Assembly: GCF_009914755.1 (NCBI RefSeq)
Contig: NC_060935.1
Source: the human T2T-CHM13v2.0 reference genome, Homo sapiens
DNA: 64,000 nucleotides
Direction: 5' to 3' (one strand)
The first letter of the stretch is position 1, and every line of letters begins with the position of its first letter. Of this stretch, positions 39,110-54,672 are shown piece after piece. The notes below the pieces were generated by a model. The model worked only from the letters and a program-made list of their open reading frames with translations. It was not told where the DNA came from and did no database searches. A program made the position numbers and the translations under genes.

Positions 39110-39335
39110 AACCTTGGTTTGAGTTTGAGTCCTGGCTTTAGCATTTGCTTGCTGTGTGACTACTGGCAAATGCTTTAACCTCTCTAAGATGCAATTTCCA
39201 CATCTTTAAAATGGAGATCATAATAATTAGCAAGGTTGTATTCTGTACCAGAGATAATACGTGAATAATCTAAAACAGTGATGTATTAGTAGTAGTAGAT
39301 TTGCTAAATAAATGGTAGCTTTATTATTATTGCTA
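39110..39335 (+). mobile_element. MIR SINE
   Basis: gctgtgtgactactggcaaatgctttaacctctctaagatgcaatttccacatctttaaaatggagat. Confidence 0.85.
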
Positions 39336-40852
39336 CTATGACAATGATGATGACAGTGTCCAGAGCACTTTAATCTATGGTTTGGAAGATAGGAAGGTTG
39401 ATAAATCCCTTCCTATCTTTTGGAGTTCATACTGGGAGCTTCCCCTCTCCAGCCCAACATAATTGATACCACATGGTCCCAACATCTAAATCTGGTACCA
39501 ACCCTGTGGCAGCAACAGAAAGCCTGAGCTTTGTGACCTTGGGTAGGTTATTTAACTTCTCTGAGCATCACTTGGTAATTTGCAAGAATTAAATGAAATA
39601 AAACATTTAAAATTCTTGGCACTCAGTAGATGCTGAACAAATGCTGGTTCCCTTCTCCCTGAGGCAGTCATCATCAAGATGTTCTGTGGGTTTCACTGCT
39701 GGCAAAAACAAATGAGGTTAAATAAAAGTCAGAGGTGAAAATAAGAGGAGTTAACAGAGTTTCTGTTTTGTTTTTTCTTTACATTTTCTACAATTTACAG
39801 AGATTCTTCTCTCCCTCAAACTTAAGTAGATTTCAAACGACTTGTCATTCTCAAGGTGAAATTTATTTTTATGCTTTCTTCTCTAAGTCTAGTCAAGACG
39901 TTTCTCATAGATGGGTTTGACCTTTGATGGAGATGTCTCAAACCTGCCTGCACCATTCTCCAGAAATGAATATTTTTTCCCCAATCCTAGCTTGAATTCT
40001 CAGAATTTCTCCTCCAGATAAGTCACTTCTGCCCTGGCCTCTTGGTTTGTTTGCATTAGACCCTCAGATAATGGGCAGAAGTTTCCTCCCTATGCCCAGA
40101 GCTCTTGCCCTTTGGCTGTTGGCCTTACTCTGAGCTGCAGACACTGGCTCCTTACTGGTGGTGTTCCTGCCTTAAGTACTTAGAGTTCCCCTGGCCTGGA
40201 CTGAACTCTGCCTAGAACTCAGATCTCTTAAATAAGCTTCCTCTCAATCTTTTGTTATTTTCACAGACACCTGCACGGCTTGCTGTGCTTTGAATACACT
40301 AACACTTCACTCATGCTGACTGGATGGGTCTTCCACACTCAAGGATGGGCTTGAATGTTCCTTCTAGGCCTCAACTGGGAGGACTCTGCTTCTTCCCATG
40401 TGTCACATAGCACTTGTAATACTTACAGTGTGTGTCCCCAGCAAGATTTTTGAGTTCCTAGGTGACAGGAGCTATGAAGAGTCAATCTGCTCTGAATCCT
40501 TTAGGATGTGGCCTAGTGCTTATAATTAAGGAGACAGAGAAGGAAGCAAAAGGGACTAACAGACGTGCTGAAGGCTAGTGGTAACAATGCAGCATGAGTT
40601 GATGGCTCAAACTTCATTCTATTAGTACCCCTGGGAATGAACCACATGGGAAGTGAAGACACCAGGAGATACAGGAGTTTCTGAGGCTGAACAGGAATCA
40701 GCAGTGGGCTGCAAGAATGACCTAGTGGAATGAGCAGAAGCTACACAGACCTGAGAGAAGTCTTAATTCTGTCATTTAACAGCTGTATGATCTCATGCAA
40801 ATTGTGTAAGTTATCTGATTCTATTTTTTTTTTTTTTTTGGTAAAAATGTGA

Positions 40853-41101
40853 TGTTTTGGTTTGTTTTCACACTGCTATAAAGAAATACCTGAGAATGGC
40901 AGGAGAGAGAGAGTGAGTGCAGGGGAAAACTTATATTTTAAACCATTAGATCTCATTGAGAACTCCCTCACTATCACGAGAACAACATGGAGGAAACTGC
41001 CCCCATGATCCAACCACCTCACACCAGGGTCCCTCCCTCAACATGTGGGGATTATAATTCCAGATGAGATTTGGTTGGGGACACAGAGCCAAACCGTATC
41101 A
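40853..41101 (-). mobile_element. MSTA MaLR solo LTR (internally deleted), inserted in a MIR
   Basis: cacactgctataaagaaatacctgaga...ctcactatcacgagaac...gagatttggttggggacacagagccaaaccgtatca; TSD tgtga/tgtgg. Confidence 0.9.
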
Positions 41102-44100
41102 TGTGGCTACTATCATCTACTTAGGGATAATGCATTTGGCCCATAATAGTCACTCAATAAAATATCATTATTGTTAATTTTGGAATGGAGGATGTACATA
41201 CCCAAATATATGAGTGAATTTCATGTTGTCTCCAGCATATAAGTATTACATTGTCTGAGTACACTGTAGCTTCTACTTTTATAACTGTGATCACCATGTA
41301 TAAACTACATGTAACAAACATGTAGTGTGTCAATCACTGTGTGGGTACTTTTATGCATCTTCTTATTTAATTTTTAATAACTGTAGCATAAGAGTTTCCG
41401 TTATCATACATATTATAGAGATGAGGAAATTATTACAATATTTAGGCAACTTGCCCAATATTTCTCATAATTAATAATTGGGATTTATAGCCAAGCCATC
41501 CTATTGCAGAACCTGCCCTCCTTGCCAGTATCCTAAATGCTGCTTCCAGTGTTGTCAGGAAACACTTAACAGAACATGTGGAAAATGTGATTCCTACCTT
41601 ATAAAATCTTATATTTCAAGGCTCCCAATATTGACCATCAGGAACGGTTCATAGGACCAGGTAATCCCAACACATTAATAACCCTAATACATGAATTATT
41701 TGTTTGAATAATGAGACCACGAAACATTATATAGGGACAGCATGAAAACTGATTTAGGAAATGAATTTTTGATATTCTTCTTTAAAATGCTCAGGTTAGC
41801 AGATATACATACTGATTTGCAATAGAAAGAAAATCAACAACCATGTAGCGTGGTTTTTTTTCTTTCCTGCTAGTCCATAACCTTCTCAAGCATATGCAGC
41901 ATCTTCTGTTTAATAATAAATTATTGTATTTGCCTAGCAAATTATACATTTCAAAGAGGTTTTGTAAACTTGTCTTATTTGATCCACATAGCAAAGCAGC
42001 GAGGTAGACAGAACAAGGGACAGTATTCTTTATGAGTAGATGAAATGGCTGAGGTTCTTAGCAAGGGTTAGTTATCCAAGGTCACACAGTTAATTAGTGA
42101 CAGAGCTGGGGCTGGAATCCAGGTTTCTCTGCCCAGCGCGCATCTCCCAAATGCCTAGTTCAGTGGGATTGGACAGCTGCAACAATTTGTGTACAATGAA
42201 GTGTTCAACAAATGTTGACTGGCTTGTTTGGCTCAAAACAATTGAAGATATTTTTCACTATGATTTTCATTGTTTCTCTAAAGTAGCTTAGGAGCACATT
42301 ATCTCTAGTTTGCTGGTGTGGAGGAGAGAAGCAGAAAGCAACCATTGATCAGCTTTGAAAGTTGTTTACTGAGACACCTAGAAAGTTTTCAGAGGAGAGA
42401 AGTTTGCTGTTTCAATCATTGACACATGGACTATCCTGTCTTCAGTCATAGCTGGGTATAATCTCCCTGTACCTAGTAAAATGGAGTTCAGCTTTACATT
42501 GCAGAGAACACCCATCCAACTCCAGTGATTTCTGAGACATAACATCCAAAACAAGATCCTCAGAGAGTAATAACACTATGTACACAGTGTACTGTTTTTT
42601 CAGACCCTTGATAGAGTAATTTAACAGAGCTGTGTAGTGTGAGCTACATGGGCTGGAGATGATTTTGATTCTTAATTCTCAGCTATTTGAACCCAAATCA
42701 GCTGGTTTAAATCAGAGTTGAAGAGACACTTCCAAGTGTTAGCTATTTATTTTGGTAACCTGCAAAATCTTTACTAGACATGCATTTTCTGTAGTGTTGA
42801 TCCATCCAAAAGATGAGCACAACCAATTTTCAGTGTGTAAATTTGGAGACTGTTGATTGATTAAATCTGTTGTGCGCATTTGGGTGAGGTCTTCAGTTAG
42901 GGTCACTTGGCCAGCACATAACCACCCTTTCAACCGTCTTACCTACCGAATGGACAATTAATACAAGCTGCTGGGTTTCGTAACGTATGTAGCCTTTTGC
43001 TTAAAGAGTGTTCAGGCTAAATCGAGATTTTGCTCAATTCTACCCTCAGTGCCTAATGCATAAGAGTCAGTAAATATTTGTTGCATGAATACAATATAGT
43101 GTCATAAACCTTCTCCATCTGTGCCCCCTGCCTCTCCACCGCACCCTCTGCTGTTCCCCCTCCCTACTTCTAACCTGGGACCACACTTTTTATTGCTTCT
43201 TAGAAAATATCTTCTTCCATAGCCCCATCTCTTGCCTGGTGATCTTATTCATCCTGGGAACCCAGATTACATTTCCTTCCTCCGTGGGACATTCACACAT
43301 GCCCAAATCAGAGTTCACAGTGACCCCCATGTGCCTCTTCTCCCCCTGCACTTATTGTCACCTATCTGGGATGGGGTTGCTCTATGTGCTGCTAGGTTGT
43401 AACCGTGACTGCGGTGAGCCTCTGTTTTATTCTCACTTGTAATTCTGTCTCTAGGGCAGTGGTGGGGACACTGTGGACACTTACTAATTCCTTGTTGGGT
43501 TGAAGGAAGGAAGGAATGATGCCTGCAGCCCCACGGTGTTAGATTTGCAAATCACTTTAGGAAAGGAGGAAAGGGGTTATGTTTTATAATATGAGAGTTG
43601 AGTTTTAAGAGACTCTCTGGTTTTATTGGAGAGTGCCAGAAGAGGCACTGAAGGCAACACCCCAGACCTGGGAAAGGTTAAAGATTCTGGTTTTCATTCA
43701 CTGCAATGATCCTAAACATGACTCCCGTGCTATTTCCACTTTACAAGCTTCACAATGATGACTTCAACACTCAGTGCACCCCAGGCTGGCCCTTGTTTGG
43801 CCTCCTCACTTGGATCAAGTGTATTTCGAATGGAACCTGACTTAGGTGATGCGATTCAGTAGCATTTGTCTGGAGTTTGTCTGGAATTCTATAGCCTAGA
43901 TTAGGTTTCTCTAGTACTAGTTTCCATAGACGCCTGGGCTTCCCCTTCCATACCTAATTTAGTGCCCAGCTAGTGTCACATTTCTGTCCCCTTAGCCTTC
44001 CATGGCACCAGAAAAGGGACCACAACCCCCTTTCTGCTGCCTGGCACTCACATTCTGAGCCCTTTTGTTAGATAATGAGTTTGTATCAAGAGGGTTACTT

Positions 44101-44880
44101 CTACAGAGAAGATACAAATTCAAGTTAATGTCTGTGCATTTTAAATGCCACCAACAGATGCGTAATGAAGAGCTCTTGGTTGGAAAAAATAATATTTTTT
44201 ATGGAAAACTCTACACAAATAGAAGCTGAAGTTGATGCAGCTCTTGCACATACATTTTTCTCTTTTAATTTTCTTGACTCCCTTGTGAGGTGTCATTCTC
44301 ATCTCCATCTTATAAAGAGGGAAACTGAGGCTGTGAGAAATGTAATAGTTGGCTGGAGGTCACACAGCTACTTAATGACAGAGTCACAACTTGACCCAAG
44401 CCTGTCTCCAGATTTATGATATGACATCATCTGATAATTATTGAGGTGACACAGTTTAAATTAGTCAGAAGCTATCTATCAATAGGACAAGGATACTATA
44501 TGAAGGAATCCAGCTTGTGGTCAGTTTTGTAAGGTCTCACTTAAAAGCAAATTTGGAGGAGAGAGGGCTTTTCTAAGTCTCTTCTCTCTACAGCCCAGCA
44601 ATTAGATGGAGCCTCGGATGAGGTGGTTTGTAATCTTTAATATCGGTAGCATACTTCTGGGGGAGACTTTTCTGCAAGCGAAACAGGCATAAACACAAGA
44701 GAATCTGGTTTTCAGATCCCTTTTATGTTGACTCAACAGATATTTATGATAGTCTTTGTTGTTCCAAATTCACATGCTGAGGCCTGGGGGTAGAGTGGTG
44801 TGGCAGGGACAGATGGACCTGCTCCTACTCTCAAAGAACTGACCATCTAACATTTTACTCACTGTTACTCTCTTGCTCTT

Positions 44881-45750
<870 letters not shown>

Positions 45751-45856
45751 CTATCTTTCTCTTAAAAGTAACTTTAACCTTCATGTGTTTATAGAGATGT
45801 AAACTGCTATTCCTTTTATTTTTTCAATTTTATATTTTGTTATGTGTTATTTTGGT

Positions 45857-46085
45857 ATCATTCATTTAGCAAGCATTTATTGAAGACCTACTCTGCACCC
45901 TACCTTGTGCTGGGTGCTGTTGATACAGAGGCAGTTACTACACAACCTCTGACCTTGAGTAGGTATGTCAAAAGGGAAGAGAATGGTAAGTGCTTTATTA
46001 ATCGTACACAAAATTTGTTTTGGAAATACAGTGGATGAAGTTACTAATTCTGCTAAGGAGAGACAGGAAAGGAATTGGGAAAGTC
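45857..46085 (-). mobile_element. L2 LINE 3' fragment
   Basis: tcattcatttagcaagcatttattgaagacctactctg...gtgctgggtgctg. Confidence 0.75.
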
Positions 46086-46493
46086 TCTATATGGTGTGGG
46101 CTGGCCCAATTGTCTAAGTTCATTTCCTGAGTGCTGGCTTGGAATCATGTATTTTATTATATAAAGTGCAACTGCCATTTACTATTTAAAGATTAATTAA
46201 AAGTGATTACCTAATGAAATCTTAATAAATAGTACCCAGTAGAGTATGCCTTTAGTATTCATTGATTTAATATCAACGGTTTTGATTATTCAAGAACTAC
46301 TTTGTAGGTGTTTGACATAGGCAGTCCTGATTTTGCTGAGAATCTAATTTTTATCACCTGGTTTTGGGATGCTGATAGCAAAAAAATTTGCAGAGACCCT
46401 GACCCTAGCTGACTGCCCAGCATCCACATCTGAGCTTGGCTATGTTGTTCACAGTGTCATCTTGAGTCATCTATGTGAACAAAGTCTTGATCT

Positions 46494-46510
46494 TGTGTGT
46501 GTGTATGTGT

Positions 46511-46547
<37 letters not shown>
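46494..46547. repeat. (TG)n microsatellite
   Basis: tgtgtgtgtgtatgtgtgtgtatgtg(tg)n. Confidence 0.97.
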
Positions 46548-46550
<3 letters not shown>

Positions 46551-49149
46551 AGTCACCATGATTAGAAAGAATAAACCCTCAGAAACTTACAAAGTCAGTT
46601 AGCTGGTGTTGGAAGTGGATACACAAGAAGTGTGACTTCCCTCAGGAAAGTGATAGAATAGAGCTAGAAGAGACTGTAACAGCATCAGAGCTTGGAGTAT
46701 TAATTCTCAGGGTATCCATTCCCTTTACAAATGTCAGGGGTCTGATAGCTATAGAAATTTCTGATGTTCAGATTGGGACTGAAATCTAAGCAATATGCTA
46801 GTGATAGTAAGGGTAAATAATGTAAAATTTAAAATGTTTTCATTCCTCCTTGAGGTTTTACATTCTCCACTGGATCTGTAGACTGAGAAAATGCCTGTCA
46901 TGTAGGAGATGCTTAATGAATATTTGTTGACTAAAATTTAGAAGGCTAGGCTCATTGACATTAAAATGCTAAGACCTGTCACACATATCATATATTTATT
47001 TTTCCCTTTAAGGATGAATTCCAAAAGATTGTATTGGACCATACAGTATTAAATTAGACTATGTTATTATGTAATTTAATTTAATTTAATTTCAGATATG
47101 GTCATAGATAATCTATCAAGTACTTTTATGATCTATAAGGTATTTTTTTCTTCTAGGAATGGTTTTGTGTTGGAGATTAAAAATACCTGTATTTATCAGG
47201 ACAAGATTGATGCCCTAAAATGCTGGCTAACGTAATTAGGCTGATTGTAAAAGAAATTTGAAGGAGGAAAAATATGATGAAATGTTTCAAAATAGTGACA
47301 TCTGTTACATCAGTGCCTAATGTGCATTTTTCCTTTATATATTTCTATCTCTCTCCCTGGAAACATCCTTCTTGGAAGTTTTCCCATTATCAGAACAAAG
47401 TGCGAAGAGGTAATTTTTTCAAGTCAGATGTGACAGAACACACATCAGCATTCAGGAATGAGGCTTTTGCAATAGGTAATAGTGTAATCGGTTTTGCCAG
47501 CAGCAGAATGTACAATCCTATTAGAGTTGTGGAAAAGGAAAAGTATCACCTTAATTTACCTCCAGGCAATACAGCAATAACTTGAGGTGCCTAGGGCTGC
47601 TGTGTAAAGATACTTTAATCACATAGTAAAAACAGTTTTAGTCTACTGCCTACTTTAGATGAGGGAAGACTCTCCTAAGTTAATAAATGAATTTTATCCA
47701 GCATACAGTCTGGCAATCATGATATGCTATTTTTAATCTTTTTCAACATTAAATCTGTTAAAGAAATTTATCAGGTTACAATGAGATCGATTTCCCCCTT
47801 ACATTCCCTATGTTCATTGCAGGAAAATTGGATGACAGCTTTTGGATGAGACTGATAGTGCACAAGAAGGAATTGCTCCAAAATTAAGGGAAGTCAGAGT
47901 TTCATTCCACAAGCTTCAAATAGAAGCCGCTTTCTATTGTCTTGTACCTTTGGGACTGAACTCATTATAGTAACCATCAAACTAGAAAGTCTTCAGCTGG
48001 GGGTATTTCTCATGTTTGCTTTCTGGCTGTATGGGGAATGTGATCTTTAATTAGTTCAGGTTGTAAAATATTGCAGAGAATTTCCCAGGCACACTTTGCT
48101 TTGTGGTCTAGGTCAGCAAATGCAATTCTGTTTTAATTGTGGCTGAGCTATTGTCTTAGACTGGTATTCCTAGAGTGCCTTTTACCAATTAATGGTAATA
48201 TACTACTGGGAAATCATGTTGCCTTGTGGAAGCCTGTAAATAGCAAAGCCCTAATAGGCTGTCTATTAATAGCAATACAGAGTCAGAGACCTAATGCCAT
48301 TAAATGGCGGTATTCATGTGTGAAAGCCGTCTAGTAACTACTTTAAGGAATTTCAACAGTCATTTGTGTGTGTGGGAAGTGCGTGTGTGTGGGAAGTGTA
48401 TGCATGTGCGCATGCCTGTTTTCCTCCTGTCTTTCTCTCTTCTTTGTCTTTTTGTTGGGCTTTTTTCTAATATGAATTTCCATTTTCTGTCAACTCTTTA
48501 TGATGGATTGGGTTCAGGGAAGCAACATGTGCCAGTCGTTGCCTTTGAACCTGTACTTCAGATATGTGGCATTTTATTTTCTCTCCTGCCTCTTGGCTTA
48601 TCATCAATTCTAGCAGTGAATTTTGACATGTGCAAATTAATAATCATTCAGTCCAAATGAATACAGTGACCTCTGTGCCCACATGATGTACTAAAAGGAG
48701 AGGATGCCATGCTTATGAACTCGAGGAGTTCACAACTTAATGAGAGGAGCAAAAATGCACGCGCGCGTGTGTGTGTATTTCCACCTGTCTCTAATAGGCT
48801 GTCAAGTTATAATAGTTTAATGTAATCACATGCTTTTTACATTTGTACGTGATAGACTCCTGAGAATAATAGTTAATTTTGTGAAAGAATTAAAAATTGA
48901 AGTGACCTGTCTAGTTTGGAAAGCTGGGCCGGCAGCAAGGCAAGAAAAAATTACAGGGATAAACATAAATCTTTCACCATAGAAATCAGTGTGGAGAGAT
49001 GGTCTAAGAGTTCATTTAAAAAATGCCTTGATGTTTTAGGTGACCATAACCTGGAGATGAAGCAGAGGATAGGGTAGTTTGTTCCTATGAAGTCTAATGC
49101 AGTCTCTGAGGACAGTGATAGACAAGTGTGGGTTTTAGATGAACCAGTT

Positions 49150-49560
49150 CTCAGAATCTAGTTCTTTGTTCTGAGCAGGCCAATGCATCAGGAGTATTGC
49201 ATTAGAAGATATTTTCACTCTGAATAACATCTAGGAGAAGATGAACAGCACTGGGGAAGGGATGAGTAACAGGCATCTTATAAGAGTGATGTCCAAAGAC
49301 AACTAGCAATATTGAATCCAGAGGAGGAAAAGCAGAGAGAAGATAGATTCACTTAGTGTTTTAAGACATGTGAAGCAGAAGAGGCTGAATCTCTATTCTG
49401 CGCTGTTTCAATGGGTGGAAAGTGTAGGCAGGCAAATATATGGACAGGATATGAAAAAATATCTTCCTAACAATTGCAACTACTGCTGGAATGGCAAGGC
49501 TTGGGAAGTAGTGAGCTCAAGACTATTGGCCTTTCACCCAGACCAAAAGGATGCTAACCA
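49150..49560 (+). mobile_element. L3/CR1 LINE relic
   Basis: atccagaggaggaaaagcagagag...tatcttcctaacaattg...ctggaatggc...ttgggaagtagtgagctc. Confidence 0.55.
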
Positions 49561-50109
49561 TTGAGGCTTTCCATAGATGGGCATTTGTATTTGATCATCA
49601 TGATGTACTTATTGTGCTGAGGTTCTCAAGATGTGTGGAATGATCATGAATGCAAATCCTGCTTCTATCATTTGCGTGATGTAACCTTGAAAAGGTTACT
49701 AAAACTTTAAAATCTGTTTCCTCATTTCTAAAATGGGTTTAATATAATGCCTGTACGTACAGTGAAGTAAACACTCAAAGGTAGCCTATTGCTCTAATCT
49801 TATTAAAGCACCTATTTGGCCTTGTTGGCTTTAGTCTGAGAAGTGAACTTAATTAAGACTAGCTGGTGAAGTCCTGATGTAAGGTTCAGTTCACAGTCCC
49901 TTGGTGTTAGGGTTCCATTTTTCAGCTGAGTGTGAAGAGGCTGCTAGCAGTTTCAGAGTGTGGCAACAAGAAAATTTCCATCGACTTTGCTTACTTGTGT
50001 CCATAGATTTTGGAAAATAATGTTTGATTCTTGCATTTTAATAAAATACCTGATTATAATATGCATATTGCCTTACCAAAAAAAGTAGTAGTCATTTTAA
50101 AATAGTAAT

Positions 50110-50350
50110 ATTAGCAGCTATGATTAGTAATATTTAAAGAGTCCTTATTATGTGCCAGGCACTGTGCTAAGCAGTTTACATAGTAAATAGTGTTTACTAT
50201 CATTAGTATTGTAACAGGTGGATTAAATGCATTATATTCTTTAAGTCTGAAGCAACTTTATGAGATAGTATTCCTATTTTATAGGTAAGGAAACAGGTAC
50301 CTAGAAGAAGTTTTTACTTCCACAAGGGCATATCACTAATAAATGAAATA
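50110..50350 (-). mobile_element. MIR SINE
   Basis: tatgtgccaggcactgtgctaagcagtttacat...cctattttataggtaaggaaacagg. Confidence 0.85.
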
Positions 50351-53300
50351 AATAAAATTAGGATCTTTCAGCTGAACTCTCATTGTGCCACCTGACTCTA
50401 GAATCAATCTCTCAACCTCTCTCTTTCTTTTGTTCTCACACAAACATAAGTTTTAAAAATTGCTATTTATTCTCATTACAGACAACACACTCTGATTTTT
50501 TTCATTTTACTAAAAAATACACATGTCTGGTCTATTACATTGATTCCCTATCTTAAGTTGATCATTACTAAATATAATTTAAAAAATAATGCACACTTGT
50601 TTCATTTTGTTCTTGTGGTAATACAAAGTTCTCTATACCTTAGATGGATTACAGTTCTCACATATGTAAAGGGATTTGCTTTGTGCTCTTTTGAGATGGT
50701 CCCTTGAAGCAGTGTCATTTTATAGTGGCAGAGGTTATGGTGAAGGAGAGGCACATTTTATGAATCACATTGTCCAAATAAATTACTGCTGTCATCTGAA
50801 TTCAAAGAGATACATTGTTCCAAATCAGAGCCCTAAGTGACTTGAACATTTCCATCACAGATTGTGAATTATTATGTAATGGAAGCTAACTAGTTGTAGT
50901 TTTTCATTTTAGAGCAGCCATAACTGTCAGGTCCACATCATATGCCAAAAACAAGTTGTGCCATGGAAAACACAATGTGAGAGCCAGAAGACCACACAGA
51001 TTCCATGAATGAGCCAGACTTCTTGGGAGGTCAGTACTCAGACCTGGGCATTAAAGGAGCAGCTCTAATTTGTTTTAGTAATTTTTCCACCCATCTTTTT
51101 TTCAATGGTTCCTAGCTACTACTATGCCTGTTTGTTTAAGTAGCATTTGAAACCTCTCTGGTCTCTGCTCAGCACTCAACTTTGATAGCAGAAACAGAAG
51201 GAAGGGTTTCCAAAAGACTGTTGGTCCTGAACAACTATTACTTAGGGGTTTAATATTGGTTCTCTGCAGGAAACATGCAAATGACTGATTACCCACTAAA
51301 AATAAAGCCTTTTATAGCTGATTTTAAAATCCTATGTTGCCTATGTCTTTGAAACACTCTTTAATTGCTTATGAATATATTATACTTTTGCCTCCTTTTC
51401 CTTGTTATAATTTCTCTTTCTACAAGAATAGCTATCTTGGTGGAATTTATTGATTTCCCCAACAAGATTTACCTGTTAGCATTTTCTCTGGCAGGACGTT
51501 CTTGTGACTGGCTGCAGTTCAGGAATGTTTCCCTTTCATTTGGTACACATTTGCCTAGTGATATGTGTATCAGGTACTGGGAGGACAGAAGACGAATAAG
51601 ACATTGCTCTCCTGTAAAACACTCATTCAATAGTCAGACATAGAAAACTGCAGAATTGTGTATTAAATGCCAAAATAAGGGTAGGTTATAAGTATGGTGG
51701 TGAAATGAGTGCATGTCTGTTTTGGAATTAATGACATGACTTCATAAAGAAGGAAGTGTTCAGTTTGTGTCTTAAAGTGTGTGTATTATTGAGGGGTGGG
51801 GAGGTAGGTGGTTATTTCAGGCAGAACAATGCAATGCACTTTAGAAACATTCAGATGGTTCTGAGGTATCTGGAGTAGACAGGTGGATGGAGCAGTGAGT
51901 GGAGGGAGATGAGGTAGGACAGAAGAGAGGAAAGTTCCTGGAGGTGGTTGTGTGTGCCTACTAGAGACTGTCCAGGCCTGCCTGCTACCTCCGTTGAACC
52001 AATTCCTGATGCTGATGCAACCATCAGATCATGTATGGGCCAGCTTTTTCTGATTAAGGGCTCTTGAACTTCTGCTGGGGAGAATGGTTCTGACTGATGC
52101 TGCTTCCACAACTGTTGTTGGGCTTCTTTGAACTTTCCTGGACGACTAGATATTACACTTGATTCCTGGCTGTGGGTGTCTGTTTCCCTGGTCTGAGAGT
52201 CTGGCTGTGCAGCAGATGCATTTTGGAGGAGCTGAAGCTGAAAGTGCCAGTGTGGTGCTGGTGTGCATCACTGCCCTCTCTGGGATATCTCTGCAGCAGA
52301 GCAAGGTTACAGAGCTACATCTGCCGCAGCTTTCTGTGAGTTGTGTAAAAAGACTGTGCCAACCAGTGGGGAGCTTACATTTTCTTATATGGGATTCCTA
52401 CTATTTTAATTAAATATTGCTTTTAGCAGCTCTTCCTATTTCTACCCTCCTGGGACTAACTAGGTGTTTGTTTGTTTGTTTGTTTTGCCTTACAACTCAT
52501 CACCACATATAGGACATTGTTAATAGATGTGATAAATGATAATAATTCTCTGCTGGACTCTTCCTGCACAGTCAGGAGTCAAAGCCCCACTGGAAGAAGA
52601 AACATTATTCACTCATTCAACAAATATTTATTGTTCGTGTACTATGTGCAATAACTGTCAGGCACTCTGTAGGCGCTGGACTCCATGTTGAGTAAGACAG
52701 GAAGGATCCTCTCTGCCCTGGGGGATATTACAGTCTGTCTAGTTGCGGGGTGGGGGATAACTATAAACACCATAATTAAGGTCACGTGCAATGACATCTA
52801 CTCCTCAGAAAGGCAGGACAGCATATCTGTGGCTACAGAGCATGCCTAAGATTTTGGGCAGGTAGCTGGTCAGAACTGACCTCAAAACCAAAAATTCCCC
52901 ATAAAACACACAGTCCAGAATGGTCTCCTTGAACTCTAGGGCTGTTCCTAATTTCTCTTTTAACAGCACATTTTGCATTTTTGCAAACCTTTCTGTTGCA
53001 ACCTCACATAGGTAACTGAAATTTCACTTCTGTTGAACTCAAACTCTAGATATGTGAAGAGAAGAAAGGTGGTTGTAGAATGGCCCCAAGATCCTCCTTT
53101 CTGGACGCCTTTCCTCTTTTCTCTTTGCTGCTAGCTTTTCCTTATTGTCTGACCTAAATTGAGCCAAAAGCTACAAATATTGAGGAATACCTCCACAATA
53201 CCATTCTCATGCATTTTTGCTTCAGTGAGCCAGCTTTCCTTTGGATATTGGATATGTTATCAGTAATGTACATACAATATAACTATAACTAGCATCAGAA

Positions 53301-54246
53301 TCCTTCATTTGAGCCATTCACACAATTTTTAAATAGTATGTTAATATAAGGTCAGAATATTTTTCATATTATCTTGAATTTTCACAGAAGTCCAGATTTC
53401 ACACTATTATTGCCTTTTTCCAAGTTCCTAATATAGTTGTTTCTGATTATATGCATGTTATCTGCTTCACATTATGAGCAGTGCTTAAATAAATGTTCTT
53501 ACAAAGGGGAAAAATTATCATGATTTTTCTTCCCCGGCTTGAAGAAACTGCATATCAATTTGTTTGCAAATCTCAATAATTTGTTCTAAAACTAACATTG
53601 ACCTGTATTGGTATTTACACAGCTTACGATCACTAAGCACATTTAAATATAGAAATTTTTAAAGAACTAGTCTATCTGCAACATAAAGGCAGCATGGTGA
53701 CAACAGGCTAATATTAAAAACAGCCTTCTCTTTTCTCCTCTTCTTTTCCCTTCTCACTGTGAGTCAACATCCATGCATTTAACAGATATTCAAGCTGTGT
53801 GCATATGCACACTGAATTCTGTTTTAAGGAATATAGAGGAGAATTCTTCTGTTTTCTTGTCAAAGCTGGTCTAACACAGTGAGTTAGTATTTATCGAAGT
53901 CTTGTCAGTGCCTCTGGTGCTGTCGACAGAGCAAGTGGGCACATTTCATCTCAATTACCAAAAGAAGATGAATACAAGGCGGGATGTGTGTGTCAGAGGT
54001 TAGAGCCATTTAATGGGATGAAATGTGAATGAAAATTGGAGAACAATCCAAGAAATCTATAGAAGATGAGAACTGGAGAAACTCAATTAGAGAAAACCAT
54101 ACACTTCCCTCCTTCTGGACCCTGGTTTCTTTGTGCTATTGTAGTTGCTTATTTGGTTATAAATAGGAAAGCAAAGAGTTTATTGTTTCCATTGTGAAGA
54201 AAAGGCAAGGTAGTTTTGAGGATTTCACTCATGTACTCTGATGCTT

Positions 54247-54672
54247 TTATATGTATATATATGTGTGGGGGTGTGTGTATATACACACATATATGTACAC
54301 ATATATATACACATGTATATATACACACATACATATATAGGGTGTATATATATACACACACATATCCTATATCTGTACACCCTATATAACATATATGTGT
54401 GTATATACGTATAGGAAAATTGGAGGAGATGTGGAATATATACATATATACACATATATGTACACATATGCACACATGTGTACATATACATGTATATATA
54501 CAACATATACATGTATATGTACATATATAGGATACATACACACCCTATATATATACACACATATACACACATCCTATATAACATATGTGTATATGTGTGC
54601 ATGTGTATATGCCCCTTATAACACACACGCACACCCTGTGTGTGTTTGCATGTGCGTGTATACCCCCTATAA
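54247..54672. repeat. Compound (TA)/(CA)/(TG) low-complexity microsatellite
   Basis: About 420 bp of tatatatgtgtg...tatacacatatatgtacacatat; source of the spurious YICIY-type ORFs. Confidence 0.95.

Noticed and set aside
51960-52460. Possible ancient LTR (a similar GC-richer stretch lies at about 3690-4260)
   Set aside because: The composition is suggestive, but I cannot match termini, TSDs or a consensus, so it is not called.
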